From an uncultured Nitrospiraceae bacterium (GTDB taxonomy: Bacteria; Nitrospirota; Thermodesulfovibrionia; Thermodesulfovibrionales; Dissulfurispiraceae), in NCBI GenBank assembly GCA_947085205.1, contig CAMTVO010000017.1, positions 1 to 33,236 on the forward strand: a stretch of DNA of 33,236 nucleotides, written 5' to 3'. The notes beneath the pieces are model-generated. The model was not told the origin of the DNA. It made no database searches and saw only the letters and a list, made by a program, of their open reading frames with translations. Of the stretch, positions 18,103-27,856 are shown piece by piece. A program made the position numbers and the translations under genes. The first letter of the stretch is position 1. Each line of letters begins with the position of its first letter.

Positions 18103-20204
18103 TGGAAATGATAAACTTAAACATGCAGAAATATCACGCCATAAATAACAATGATCTCCCCACAAAAAAAAATAAGCGTCTGCAGGAAATCATCGGCGTT
18201 ATTGCAATCTTAGGAGGCTTGTATCTCGCCATCTCCCTTTTTACTTATGATAAATGGGATAAATCCCTGCTCACATTTTCGAATACTTCTCCAAAAAATT
18301 ATGGCGGTATCGTAGGAGCGTATATCTCAGATGCCGTATTTTCGACAATAGGCTTTTCAGGTTTCTTTATACCTTTATTCCTTGTTATTTACGGCATCTG
18401 GAGGGTCATCGGCAAAGAGAAACAAAAAGCGCATGTTTTTGGCGTTATTCTCTTTCTGCCGTCATTGTCCATGCTTCTCCATCTCGCATCAAAGAGCATC
18501 CATCTGAATACAGATCCTCCGGGCGGTTTTTTGGGCGCCTTTCTTTCAAATCTGTTCGAAAGTCTTCTTTCAAGCATAGGCGCATATATAGTCAGCATTG
18601 CTGTAATTCTTGTCTCCGTAATCCTTATGAGCCCTGTCTCTCCATTTGAGTATATCATGCATCTGAAAAACAGAAAAAAGCTCAAGGAAGAACCTGTGCC
18701 TGAAGATTACGACTCAGGCATTATTATAATAAGCGAGCCGAAAAATAGAGAAACACAGACTAAAGCTGCTGCCGCGAAAAAAGTCCCGAGAGAAAAACCT
18801 GCGCAGGAGACAGGCGGCTACAAACTTCCCTCTCTCGAATTATTAAAAGATGCTGAAGGGGTATCAGGGCCGGCAAAGGAAGAACTGACCTCAGCAGCAT
18901 CAGGACTCGAAAAGAAACTCTTGGATTTCAGCGTCAGCGGAAAGATAAAACAGGCGCATCCAGGGCCTGTGGTGACAATGTATGAGTTTGAGCCGGCAGC
19001 CGGCGTAAAGATAAACAGAATAGTCTCACTTTCAGACGACCTCGCCCTAGCCCTCCGTGCGCAGAGCATCAGGGTATATCCCATTGCAGGCAAGGCAACC
19101 ATAGGCATAGAGGTGCCAAATAACGAGCGCGCAACCGTTTCCCTTAAGGAGATAGTCTCATCCGACATATTTCAGAGGAGTTCATCACTGCTGACACTTG
19201 CGCTCGGCAAAGACATATTCGGCAATCCTGTTGTTACAGACCTCGCAAGAATGCCGCACCTGCTGGTGGCGGGCGCAACAGGCTCGGGCAAGAGCGTTTC
19301 GATAAACGCCATGATAATCAGCCTTCTTTATAAGGCAACACCGGATGAAGTGCAAATGCTGATGGTTGACCCTAAGCTTCTTGAACTCTCTGCATACAGC
19401 GATATACCGCATTTGATTTCACCAGTTATAACCAGCCCGAAAGATGCATCAGATGCGCTTAAAAAAGTAGTTTTTGAGATGGAGAGAAGATACAGATTAC
19501 TTTCTGAAAAAGGCACAAGGAATATCGAAAACTATAACAGGCAGGTGTCAAAAGATGAGAAACTTCCTTATATAGTCGTCTTCATAGACGAGCTTGCTGA
19601 CCTCATGTTTACAGCGCCAAGCGATGTAGAAAATGCCATTGCAAGGCTTGCACAGATGGCAAGGGCATCAGGCATCCATCTCATCCTCGCAACACAAAGG
19701 CCCTCGGTTGATGTAATTACAGGATTGATAAAGGCAAACTTTTCTGCGAGGATATCATTTCAGGTGACATCGAAGATAGACTCAAGGACTATCCTCGATG
19801 CGCAGGGAGCAGAGCAGCTTCTTGGAATGGGCGACATGCTCTTTATGGTGCCTGGCGTTAAGATAGTGAGGATTCACGGCGCTTATATAAGCGACACAGA
19901 GGTTAAATCGGTAACAGAGTTTGTAAAATCGCAGGGAAGTCCTGATTATTCATCCTTTGAGAATATTATTGTAGCCGACGAACAAGAGAAAGGCATCGAT
20001 ATTTCAGGCGAAAGGGATGAGATATATCAGAGGGCGCTTGAATTTGCAGAAGCTGCGGGAGAGGTCTCCATATCCTCTATACAGAGGAGGTTTAAAATCG
20101 GCTATAACAGAGCAGCAAGGATAATGGAACTCCTCGAAGAAGACGGCCTCGTGGGTCCTCCAAAGAGTGCGGGAAAGCCGAGGGATTTCTTGGGGAGAAG
20201 ATAG
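18102..20204 (+). CDS. ftsK: DNA translocase FtsK
   Basis: 4TM N-terminus, PHLLVAGATGSGKS, IDELADLM, ATQRPS and gamma domain QRRFKIGYNRAARI; exact start uncertain. Confidence 0.97.
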   Translation: MEMINLNMQKYHAINNNDLPTKKNKRLQEIIGVIAILGGLYLAISLFTYDKWDKSLLTFSNTSPKNYGGIVGAYISDAVFSTIGFSGFFIPLFLVIYGIWRVIGKEKQKAHVFGVILFLPSLSMLLHLASKSIHLNTDPPGGFLGAFLSNLFESLLSSIGAYIVSIAVILVSVILMSPVSPFEYIMHLKNRKKLKEEPVPEDYDSGIIIISEPKNRETQTKAAAAKKVPREKPAQETGGYKLPSLELLKDAEGVSGPAKEELTSAASGLEKKLLDFSVSGKIKQAHPGPVVTMYEFEPAAGVKINRIVSLSDDLALALRAQSIRVYPIAGKATIGIEVPNNERATVSLKEIVSSDIFQRSSSLLTLALGKDIFGNPVVTDLARMPHLLVAGATGSGKSVSINAMIISLLYKATPDEVQMLMVDPKLLELSAYSDIPHLISPVITSPKDASDALKKVVFEMERRYRLLSEKGTRNIENYNRQVSKDEKLPYIVVFIDELADLMFTAPSDVENAIARLAQMARASGIHLILATQRPSVDVITGLIKANFSARISFQVTSKIDSRTILDAQGAEQLLGMGDMLFMVPGVKIVRIHGAYISDTEVKSVTEFVKSQGSPDYSSFENIIVADEQEKGIDISGERDEIYQRALEFAEAAGEVSISSIQRRFKIGYNRAARIMELLEEDGLVGPPKSAGKPRDFLGRR

Positions 20205-20211
20205 GATAGTC

Positions 20212-20979
20212 ATGACAGGGCACAGTATTTACGCTCATTCTCGAAAGGCATCCAAGCCTTTCTCCGAGGCTACGCCAGCCCGCTTAGACATCCATGTCAC
20301 GCTTGGGCTGCCGAAGCCGCTTCAATACAATGCCCTGCCTGACAAATTATTCATATTAGAAATCCTTATTATTTGTCTATTCTCTGTCTTATGTCTTTCG
20401 TCTTCTATTACTTTTGCTTCGCAAGCTGATGATGAAGTTCTAAAAATCCAGAAGGCATACGAGAACATAAAAGACATTAAGGGGAGTTTTGTTCAGAAAA
20501 GCTACATAAAAGACCTGAAAAAAACCGATACTTATAAAGGGCAGTTTTTCATAAAGTCTCCAAAAATGAGATGGGAATACAAGGGAGACAAACCCCAGAT
20601 TGTGTATATCACTGGAGAGGACATGATAATTTATCAGAAAAAAGAAAAGCAGGCGTTTAAGGCAAGATTCGACAGGGCAACCTATGGACAGGCTCCGATA
20701 GCCCTTTTGGGCGGGTTTGGAGATATTAAAAAGGAGTTCGACGTTTCGACAAAAGCAGAACACAGACTTTTATTGAAACCTAAAAAACCGATGGGGAATA
20801 TCTCTCATATTGAGCTTTCGTTGTCAGACAACGAATTCCCAATAGAATCCCTTACAATTACCGACACCCTATCCAACAAGATTGAGATTAATATTAAGGA
20901 TGTTAAAACCAACACTGATTTGAAAGATAAGCTATTTGAATTTTCACCGCCTGAAGGGGTGAATGTTTTACAACAATAA
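20212..20979 (+). CDS. lolA: Outer-membrane lipoprotein carrier LolA, with an element-derived N-terminal extension
   Basis: GSFVQ, PKMRWEY and terminal FEFSPPEGV; follows ftsK; ATG 20212 has AGGA 5 nt upstream. Confidence 0.88.
   Translation: MTGHSIYAHSRKASKPFSEATPARLDIHVTLGLPKPLQYNALPDKLFILEILIICLFSVLCLSSSITFASQADDEVLKIQKAYENIKDIKGSFVQKSYIKDLKKTDTYKGQFFIKSPKMRWEYKGDKPQIVYITGEDMIIYQKKEKQAFKARFDRATYGQAPIALLGGFGDIKKEFDVSTKAEHRLLLKPKKPMGNISHIELSLSDNEFPIESLTITDTLSNKIEINIKDVKTNTDLKDKLFEFSPPEGVNVLQQ
20216..20337. mobile_element. 122-bp MITE-like element inside the 5' end of lolA
   Basis: 14-bp imperfect TIRs CAGGGCACAGTATT / AATACAATGCCCTG; internal hairpins GAAAGGC-ATCCAA-GCCTTTC and CAGCCC...GACAT-CC-ATGTC...GGGCTG; GC-richer than its flanks. 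Confidence 0.75.
20382..20409. repeat. Degenerate heptamer array in the LolA signal peptide
   Basis: CTCTGTC TTATGTC TTTCGTC TTCTATT; encodes SVLCLSSSI. Confidence 0.55.
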
Positions 20980-21008
20980 ATGTGTATGTTATTGTATAAT
21001 ATACACAT
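20980..21008. promoter_or_regulatory. Putative vapBC operator overlapping the -10 box
   Basis: ATGTGTATGTTAT-TGT-ATAATATACACAT: 13-bp inverted repeat with one mismatch, containing TATAAT (20995-21000); GGAGG follows. Confidence 0.78.
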
Positions 21009-21022
21009 GGAGGTGATGGAAT

Positions 21023-21232
21023 ATGCAGTCAACAGCCAAAGTAAGAAAACAGTTTCTCCTCGACCCCGAGAAAATCGAGACCGTTAAAAAAATTACCCGC
21101 GCGGCAACCGATACCGAGGCGATTAACAGAGCCCTTGACATGGTAATTGCGAATGAAAAAATCCAGAAAGCGCTTACGTCAGTAAAAGGCAAGGGCAAGA
21201 TAGAGGATGCCTTTGGCAGAGTATCCGCTTAA
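21023..21232 (+). CDS. Putative VapB-type antitoxin
   Basis: 69 aa with RHH-like RKQFLLD...TDTEAINRAL; overlaps the PIN gene. Confidence 0.8.
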   Translation: MQSTAKVRKQFLLDPEKIETVKKITRAATDTEAINRALDMVIANEKIQKALTSVKGKGKIEDAFGRVSA

Positions 21233-21644
21233 AGCCATCTGCGACACCTCGGTATATATTCCTTTCATCAATCATGGGATTATACATCCGGCTTTCTCCG
21301 ACGAATCCGTCAGGCCGGTGTTGTACATGAGCGCAGTTGTTCTTTCAGAACTCTATGCCGGAGCGCATGACAATCAAACCATTAAGCTTCTCGACAAGCT
21401 TCACCAAACGTTTCTCAATGTCGGCAGGCTCATTGTGCCTGATAGCGTGGACTGGCGGAAAGCAGGCGGTATAATTGCCGGGCTACAAAGAAAATACGGC
21501 TTTGAATCAAAATATCTCGCAAAACTACAAAATGATATCCTTATTGCTTGTTCCGCACGAAAGATCGGAGCATTCGTAGCATCGCACAACAAAAAAGATT
21601 TTCTGAGGATAAAGGAATTTATTGATTTCAGGATTTATGAATAA
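21207..21644 (+). CDS. PIN-domain VapC toxin
   Basis: ICDTSVYI, SAVVLSEL, NDILIA and HNKKDF acidic PIN motifs. Confidence 0.9.
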   Translation: MPLAEYPLKAICDTSVYIPFINHGIIHPAFSDESVRPVLYMSAVVLSELYAGAHDNQTIKLLDKLHQTFLNVGRLIVPDSVDWRKAGGIIAGLQRKYGFESKYLAKLQNDILIACSARKIGAFVASHNKKDFLRIKEFIDFRIYE

Positions 21645-21657
21645 CGAGGACAAGAAG

Positions 21658-22608
21658 ATGAGCACAATCAAAAAAATCGCCATCACCATAGGAGACCCGG
21701 CAGGCATAGGGCCTGAGGTAGCTCTAAAGGCAATCTCCGCAAAAGAGATTGCCGGGATATGCAAGCCCGTGATTGTAGGAGATAGAGCCGTCATTGAAGA
21801 AACTATCGACAAACTTGGCATTCCTCTCAGCATAAATGACCTTGAATTAATAGACGCAGGTGCGATCAAGGACAGAAATTTTCAAAAATGCATGCCTACC
21901 GCTGAAGGCGGAAAGGCTTGCATGGCGTATATAAAAAAGGTTGTCGAGCTTGCGTTGAATAAAAGCGTTGATGCCATTGTAACCGCACCGATTTCAAAAG
22001 AAGCATTGAAAATGGCCGGTTTTAAATGGCCGGGTCATACCGAGTTGCTGGCTGAATTAACAAATATAAAAGATTTTGCCATGATGTTTTACAGCGATAA
22101 ATTGAAGGTCATCCTCGTTACTATCCATACTGCGTTAAGTAATGTTCCGGATTTAATAAAAAAGGGAAAGGTACTGAAAACTATTCTGCTTGCAAAAAAG
22201 GCATGCGATATGCTGGGCATAGAAAATCCCCGCATCGCGGTCTCAGGGCTTAATCCCCATGCAGGAGAATCCGGCATCTTCGGAAATGAGGAGATAAAAG
22301 AGATTACTCCGGCAATCGAAGAAGCGCAAAATATGGGGATTTCAGTATCAGGCCCCTCCCCTGCCGACACTTTATTTTACAGGGCATATAACGGAGAATT
22401 TGATATAATAGTCTGCATGTATCACGATCAAGGCTTGACGCCGTTTAAAATGATAGCCTTTGAAAAAGGCGTGAACATGACTGTCGGTCTGCCGATTGTC
22501 AGGACTTCTCCGGATCACGGCACAGCCTATGACATAGCGTGGAAAGGCATCGCAAACCCGTCGAGCATGATTGAGGCGATAAAACTGGCAGTAAGGGTGA
22601 AAACATGA
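21658..22608 (+). CDS. pdxA: 4-hydroxythreonine-4-phosphate dehydrogenase
   Basis: ITIGDPAGIGPE, GLNPHAGE, MYHDQG and RTSPDHGTAYDIA; GAGGA RBS before ATG 21658. Confidence 0.95.
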   Translation: MSTIKKIAITIGDPAGIGPEVALKAISAKEIAGICKPVIVGDRAVIEETIDKLGIPLSINDLELIDAGAIKDRNFQKCMPTAEGGKACMAYIKKVVELALNKSVDAIVTAPISKEALKMAGFKWPGHTELLAELTNIKDFAMMFYSDKLKVILVTIHTALSNVPDLIKKGKVLKTILLAKKACDMLGIENPRIAVSGLNPHAGESGIFGNEEIKEITPAIEEAQNMGISVSGPSPADTLFYRAYNGEFDIIVCMYHDQGLTPFKMIAFEKGVNMTVGLPIVRTSPDHGTAYDIAWKGIANPSSMIEAIKLAVRVKT

Positions 22609-22862
22609 ATAACGACATCCTCACAAAAATCGCCTCCCTCAAATCCGTCCTTGACGGCTATCGTCCTTTCTCCGACCATGTTGTCAAGCAGTTAAAAGAT
22701 TATTACCGCATCGGGCTGACTTATACATCCAATGCGATTGAATGGAACACGCTTACGGAGTCGGAGACAAAAGTTATCATTGAAGACGGTATAACCATAG
22801 GTGGTAAGTCTTTAAGAGAACACCTTGAGGCTATAGTACGCCATGATAGGGCGATTTTATAA
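22605..22862 (+). pseudogene. Truncated Fic-family gene (N-terminal part only)
   Basis: TYTSNAIE(W)NTLTESET...GITIGGKSLREHLEA matches Fic N-termini (normally SNAIEGN); stops before the HPFxDGNGR motif. Confidence 0.82.
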
Positions 22863-22909
22863 ACCCATATGGTAAAATGATATTATTGAAGCGACGAGAG
22901 GTGCTTAAT

Positions 22910-23995
22910 ATGTTATTCAAACCTTATAACTTAGCCGGAATCGAACTTAAAAACCGTCTTGTCCGCTCTGCAACCTACGAAAAGCGTGCCGATATCGACG
23001 GTTTTGTAACGGATGCCCTTGTCGAATTTTACAAAGAACTCGTGAAAGGCGGAGTCGGTTTGATAATTACCGGCAATGCGCTCGTTCATATCTCAGGCCG
23101 TTCTGTGACCCAGATGATATGCATTCACAATGACCATTACATAAACAAATTAAAACTGCTTACAGAAGCCATTCACAAACATTATGGGAAAGTAGTAATC
23201 CAGCTTGTTCACGGAGGCAGGCAGTGCTTCCCTGCACTTCTCGGCGGGCTGCAGCCAATTGCACCATCCGCAGTCTACGACCCATCAACAAAAATTGCGC
23301 CAAGGGAAATGACCAATGAGGAGATATGGGAAATAGTCGAGGCATTCGGAGATGCTGCACGAAGGGCCATGTATGCAGGTTTTGACGGTGTACAGATACA
23401 CGGCGCGCACGGCTATCTTATAAGCGAATTCCTTTCTCCGCATACGAACAGGAGGGATGACTACTGGGGAGGAGACGAAGAGAGGAGGTTCCATTTTTTG
23501 GAAGAAGTCTATAAAGTAGTGAGAAAAGAAGTGGGGGATAATTACCCGATTCTTATAAAAATGAATGCCGATGATTTTGTCGAAGGCGGATTAAAACCTA
23601 AAGAAAGCGTTAAGATCGCAAGGAGACTCGAAGAACTCGGCATGGATGCGATAGAAGTAAGCGGCGGCATGTACGAATCCGGGGCAAAGACAGCTCAATT
23701 GAATATTCTCAAAACCGAAGAGGAGGCATACTTCAGAAATTCATCAGGGCTGTTTAAAAAAGAATTGAACATCCCTGTCATCCTCGTCGGCGGAATCCGT
23801 TCGAAGCCCGTCGCTGAAGACGTTATCCAAAAGGGTGACGCAGACCTTATATCCATATCGAGACCGCTTATAAGAGAGCCAGACCTGCCGAATAAATTCA
23901 AGGAAGGTAAGGAGAAGGCTGACTGCATCTCATGTAACGGCTGCATGAGATTTCAAAAGCTGGATGTTGTGAAATGCACGCAGATAAATAAATAA
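22910..23995 (+). CDS. NADH:flavin oxidoreductase (old yellow enzyme family)
   Basis: LKNRLVRSATYE, QLVHGGRQ, GFDGVQIHGAHGYL and C-terminal CISCNGC; GAGGTG RBS before ATG 22910. Confidence 0.93.
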   Translation: MLFKPYNLAGIELKNRLVRSATYEKRADIDGFVTDALVEFYKELVKGGVGLIITGNALVHISGRSVTQMICIHNDHYINKLKLLTEAIHKHYGKVVIQLVHGGRQCFPALLGGLQPIAPSAVYDPSTKIAPREMTNEEIWEIVEAFGDAARRAMYAGFDGVQIHGAHGYLISEFLSPHTNRRDDYWGGDEERRFHFLEEVYKVVRKEVGDNYPILIKMNADDFVEGGLKPKESVKIARRLEELGMDAIEVSGGMYESGAKTAQLNILKTEEEAYFRNSSGLFKKELNIPVILVGGIRSKPVAEDVIQKGDADLISISRPLIREPDLPNKFKEGKEKADCISCNGCMRFQKLDVVKCTQINK

Positions 23996-24041
23996 AACGG
24001 TCTATTGCCTATAATCTACAACCTGTTTTATTATATTAGCC

Positions 24042-25253
24042 ATGCTTTCACCGGAGAGACAATTCGAAATAATAAAAAGGGGCACTGTTGAGATAATCCT
24101 AGAAAAAGAGCTTCTCCGCAAACTGGAGAAATCCTGCAAAGAGAATAGGCCTTTAAAGGTCAAGGCAGGCTTTGACCCGACTGCTCCGGACATACATCTC
24201 GGACATACGGTGCTTCTTGAGAAGATGCGGCAATTTCAGGAACTGGGGCATGAGATCATATTTCTGATCGGTGATTTCACAGGCATGATAGGGGACCCTA
24301 CAGGCAGGTCAGAAACAAGGAAACCTTTGACAAAGGAAGATGTGCTAAAAAATGCTGAGACATACAAAGAGCAGGTATTTAAAATCCTTGACCCTGAAAA
24401 GACACAAATACTATTCAACAGCGAATGGTTCGAGAAGATGAGCGCGATGGAGGTTGTTCAACTCGGTGCAATGCGGACAGTGGCAAGAATGCTCGAAAGA
24501 GAAGACTTTAAAAAGAGATTTACAGGTCAAAAAGAAATAACCATACTGGAATTTTACTATCCGTTGTTTCAGGCGTATGATTCGGTATATTTAAAATCAG
24601 ACATAGAACTCGGCGGAACAGACCAGAGATTCAACCTATTGATGGGAAGGCAGATGCAGGAGACAATGGGCATGGAAAAGCAGGTAGTAATAATGATGCC
24701 TTTGCTTGAAGGAACGGACGGAGTCCAGAAAATGTCAAAAAGCCTCGGCAATTACATCGGCATCTCGGAGCCTCCGAAAGATATGTATGGCAAGCTTATG
24801 TCCATCAGTGACGAGTTAATGATTAAATATTACGAATTGCTCAGCCGCATCAGCATTGAAGAGCTAAATGCCATTAAAGACGGTTTGAAGGCTGGTACTG
24901 TCCATCCCAAAAATGCAAAGGAAAATCTTGCACTCGAAATCATAGAAAGGTACCGGGGCAAAGATGCTGCAATACACGCAAAAGAGGAATTTGACCATAT
25001 ATTTAAAGAGAAAGGCACGCCCGACGAAATACCTGTTTTTGAGCTTCTATGGGAAGATGAGGAGATATGGCTTCCGAAAATCATGAAATTGTCAGGAATA
25101 GTTCAGAGCACAGGAGAGGCCATGCGGTTAATAAAGCAGGGAGCAGTGCAGATTGATAATCAGAAAGTCTCTGATTCTGACATGAAACTCGGCAGAGGAA
25201 ACTACCTGATCAAAGCTGGAAAAAGAAAATTCGTTAAAATCCTCTCCAAATAG
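24042..25253 (+). CDS. tyrS: Tyrosine--tRNA ligase
   Basis: [25 protein letters not shown] and C-terminal S4-like domain. Confidence 0.97.
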   Translation: MLSPERQFEIIKRGTVEIILEKELLRKLEKSCKENRPLKVKAGFDPTAPDIHLGHTVLLEKMRQFQELGHEIIFLIGDFTGMIGDPTGRSETRKPLTKEDVLKNAETYKEQVFKILDPEKTQILFNSEWFEKMSAMEVVQLGAMRTVARMLEREDFKKRFTGQKEITILEFYYPLFQAYDSVYLKSDIELGGTDQRFNLLMGRQMQETMGMEKQVVIMMPLLEGTDGVQKMSKSLGNYIGISEPPKDMYGKLMSISDELMIKYYELLSRISIEELNAIKDGLKAGTVHPKNAKENLALEIIERYRGKDAAIHAKEEFDHIFKEKGTPDEIPVFELLWEDEEIWLPKIMKLSGIVQSTGEAMRLIKQGAVQIDNQKVSDSDMKLGRGNYLIKAGKRKFVKILSK

Positions 25254-25261
25254 TTCTTATT

Positions 25262-26380
25262 TTACGATGTTGCAGCAGGCGATTTGCCGATCAGTTCATC
25301 CATAAGCGCCTTGACGGTCACTATCTTATCAATCCTGTACGCATTGGTGCCAACCGTATAAAGCGGCTCTTCCTTGTCACGGTTATACCCGGCAGAACTC
25401 AACAATCCGTTACAGATGCAGAAGTGGTGTTCGTTGCTCTCCTTTGCAGGGCAGATGGTAAACTTGCCTTCTTTATCCTTGAGAAGCACATAGCCCTTAT
25501 CGCATTTCGGCAGTCTCGATCTCTTAAGCGCAGAGACATACATGGGTGACTGCTTTATTACCCTGAAGGGCAGACCACAGGGAGAACCCGGGTCATGGGC
25601 AACGACGATGTCCTCTTCCTTTGCAGTGATCACAGCCTGTTTGTAGTCATCTGATGCGCTGCTTTCCTCTGTTGTGAGAAACCTCGTGCCTATCTGAACG
25701 CCATCTGCGCCCATCTTTAGAAACTTCACGATGTCGTCGTGGGTGTAAATCCCTCCTGCAACAATAACAGGGAAATCGCCGTACTTTTTAGCCATGTCTT
25801 TGACAGGGGGAAGGAGATTCTCAAGCTTATTGGATTCGATATCTATCTGGTCAATCTTGAATCCGAGATGTCCTCCGGCAAGCGGACCCTCAAGCACTAC
25901 GGCATCAGGCCTGTATCCCAATTTTTCCCATTTTTTGCATATTATCTCCAGGGCCCTTGTTGATGACACTATGGGGATCAATGCCGTATCTTTTGGCGGC
26001 TGGATAACCGGTAAGGTCAATGGTAACCCCGCTCCGGAGATTATGGCATCAGCTCCGGCATCGAGCGCGCCTTTCACCGAATCGTTATAATCCCTGACCA
26101 GAGCGCCCATTATATTGATGCCGGCATAACCCCCCTCTGACTTGGCCCGTGAGACCTCCTCATATGCAGCCTCGTACGAATTATATCTTTTGCCTGTTCT
26201 CTTTGAAACGAGCCTGTCAAGGCAGGCGCTCGAAACAATACCGAGACCGCCCTCTTTTGCAACCGCACCTGCAAGAGGATACAATGACACGCCAACGCCC
26301 ATCCCGCCCTGTATTATGGGAATACTTATTTTTTTGCCTTTTATAGTCAGCGGCGCCAATAGTGATTCAGATTCAATCAT
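25262..26380 (-). CDS. Nitronate monooxygenase / FabK-like FMN oxidoreductase
   Basis: PIIQGGMGVGVS, SGAGLP, EGPLAGGHLG and GVQIGTRF. Confidence 0.9.
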   Translation of the reverse strand: MIESESLLAPLTIKGKKISIPIIQGGMGVGVSLYPLAGAVAKEGGLGIVSSACLDRLVSKRTGKRYNSYEAAYEEVSRAKSEGGYAGINIMGALVRDYNDSVKGALDAGADAIISGAGLPLTLPVIQPPKDTALIPIVSSTRALEIICKKWEKLGYRPDAVVLEGPLAGGHLGFKIDQIDIESNKLENLLPPVKDMAKKYGDFPVIVAGGIYTHDDIVKFLKMGADGVQIGTRFLTTEESSASDDYKQAVITAKEEDIVVAHDPGSPCGLPFRVIKQSPMYVSALKRSRLPKCDKGYVLLKDKEGKFTICPAKESNEHHFCICNGLLSSAGYNRDKEEPLYTVGTNAYRIDKIVTVKALMDELIGKSPAATS

Positions 26381-26411
26381 AATAACCCCTTAATAAGTAA
26401 CTCTCGACACA

Positions 26412-26462
26412 AATCATAAGAAAAGCACATTAAATACAGGGAATATGTGCCAATTTATGATT
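26412..26462. promoter_or_regulatory. Nested inverted repeat in the leader of the nitronate monooxygenase-family gene
   Basis: AATCATAA...GCACAT-14 nt-ATGTGC...TTATGATT. Confidence 0.5.
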
Positions 26463-26622
26463 AACGCTTCACTTTGAAGGTTGCCATTATAATCGCTCAA
26501 AACCGTGTATTTTATCAAGGGAAATATCACCGATACGGTATTTGCCGTTCTTGAAGTGCAAACAACCGAGTTTTAGTGATGCCCGACTTCTGCATGGCCT
26601 CCGGCAATTATGTAAACATCCT

Positions 26623-26657
26623 TCAACTGTTCACTATTCACTAATCACTGTTCACTG
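26623..26657. repeat. Heptamer array (TTCACTR)x5 just after the argJ stop
   Basis: TCAACTG TTCACTA TTCACTA ATCACTG TTCACTG. Confidence 0.85.
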
Positions 26658-26660
26658 TTT

Positions 26661-27854
26661 TTATGTCCTATATTCCGCATTTATTTTCACATAGTCTTCT
26701 GTCAAATCGCATGTTAAAACCTTTGCACTACCTTTGCCGAGACGAAGGTCAACAACGATTTTGACTTCCTTGCTCTTTAACCTCTCATTAGCCTCTTTGT
26801 CCTTACCGGTTCCCATTCCTTTGTTTACTATCTTAAGGCCGTTTAATGATATGTCGGTCTTCTCTTCTTTAATAGCACTGCCTGAATACCCCAATGCCGC
26901 CATTATCCTACCCCAGTTTGCATCATTGCCGTATATGGCAGTTTTAACAAGCAACGAATTTGCAATAGCAAAGGCGCCCTTTTCAGCATCCTTATCATTC
27001 TTTGCATTCTTAATCTCTATCTCAACGAGTTTCGTTGCGCCTTCCCCGTCCTTTGCTATCATCTTGCTTAATTCATATGTTATATCTGAAACTGCTTTTG
27101 CAAAAATCTCAAACTCCTTTGAATTTATTTTGATTAAATTATTGCCAGCCATGCCATTGGCCATAATTAAAACTGTATCATTTGTTGACATGTCTCCGTC
27201 AATAGTTATCCTGTTAAATGATTTTTGCACAGCATTTTTTAAAGCTGCGTCAAGGGCTGTTTTTTCTATATTTGCATCTGTCATGATAAAGCAAAGCATT
27301 GTAGCCATATTGGGGCATATCATACCTGCGCCTTTGCATATAGCTGAAATAGCAACTGTCTTGCCATTAATTTTTATCTTTTTGCTTATTGCTTTTGGAA
27401 ATGTATCTGTGGTCATAATTGCATCAGCCACATCATTAATGGTCGCTTTTCCAAGATTATTTGCAAGCTCAGAAATCTTAGGTCTTATCCTCTCCATTGG
27501 CATGGGAGCGCCGATAACACCTGTGGAGCAGACATAGACCTTATTTGTTTTCAGTCCCAGTGCTTTGGCAGTTAGTTCAGTCATCTCAATTGCATCTTCC
27601 ATTCCCTGTCCACATGTGCACGCGTTAGCATTGCCGCTGTTGACGATAACAGCCTGACCCTTGCCTGTCTTAATTTTTTTCATATCAAGTTTCACAGGTG
27701 CTGCCTTGATATTGTTTGTGGTGAACATAGCGGAAACAACAACTTCCTTTTCTGAATATATAAGGGCGAGATCTTTCCTGCCCGGCTTTTTGATTGCCGC
27801 CTCAGCAGTGGAAAAAAGAAAACCTTTCGGTTGGATAATTGATTTCTCTTTCAT
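26661..27854 (-). CDS. argJ: Ornithine acetyltransferase / N-acetylglutamate synthase
   Basis: NSGNANAC, STGVIG, KGAGMICPNMATML, DGDMSTNDT and terminal INAEYRT. Confidence 0.97.
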   Translation of the reverse strand: MKEKSIIQPKGFLFSTAEAAIKKPGRKDLALIYSEKEVVVSAMFTTNNIKAAPVKLDMKKIKTGKGQAVIVNSGNANACTCGQGMEDAIEMTELTAKALGLKTNKVYVCSTGVIGAPMPMERIRPKISELANNLGKATINDVADAIMTTDTFPKAISKKIKINGKTVAISAICKGAGMICPNMATMLCFIMTDANIEKTALDAALKNAVQKSFNRITIDGDMSTNDTVLIMANGMAGNNLIKINSKEFEIFAKAVSDITYELSKMIAKDGEGATKLVEIEIKNAKNDKDAEKGAFAIANSLLVKTAIYGNDANWGRIMAALGYSGSAIKEEKTDISLNGLKIVNKGMGTGKDKEANERLKSKEVKIVVDLRLGKGSAKVLTCDLTEDYVKINAEYRT

Positions 27855-27856
27855 GT

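Noticed and set aside
26436..26453. Sigma54 promoter (TGGCAC on the minus strand)
   Set aside because: The -12 TTGC element is missing (CCCT found)
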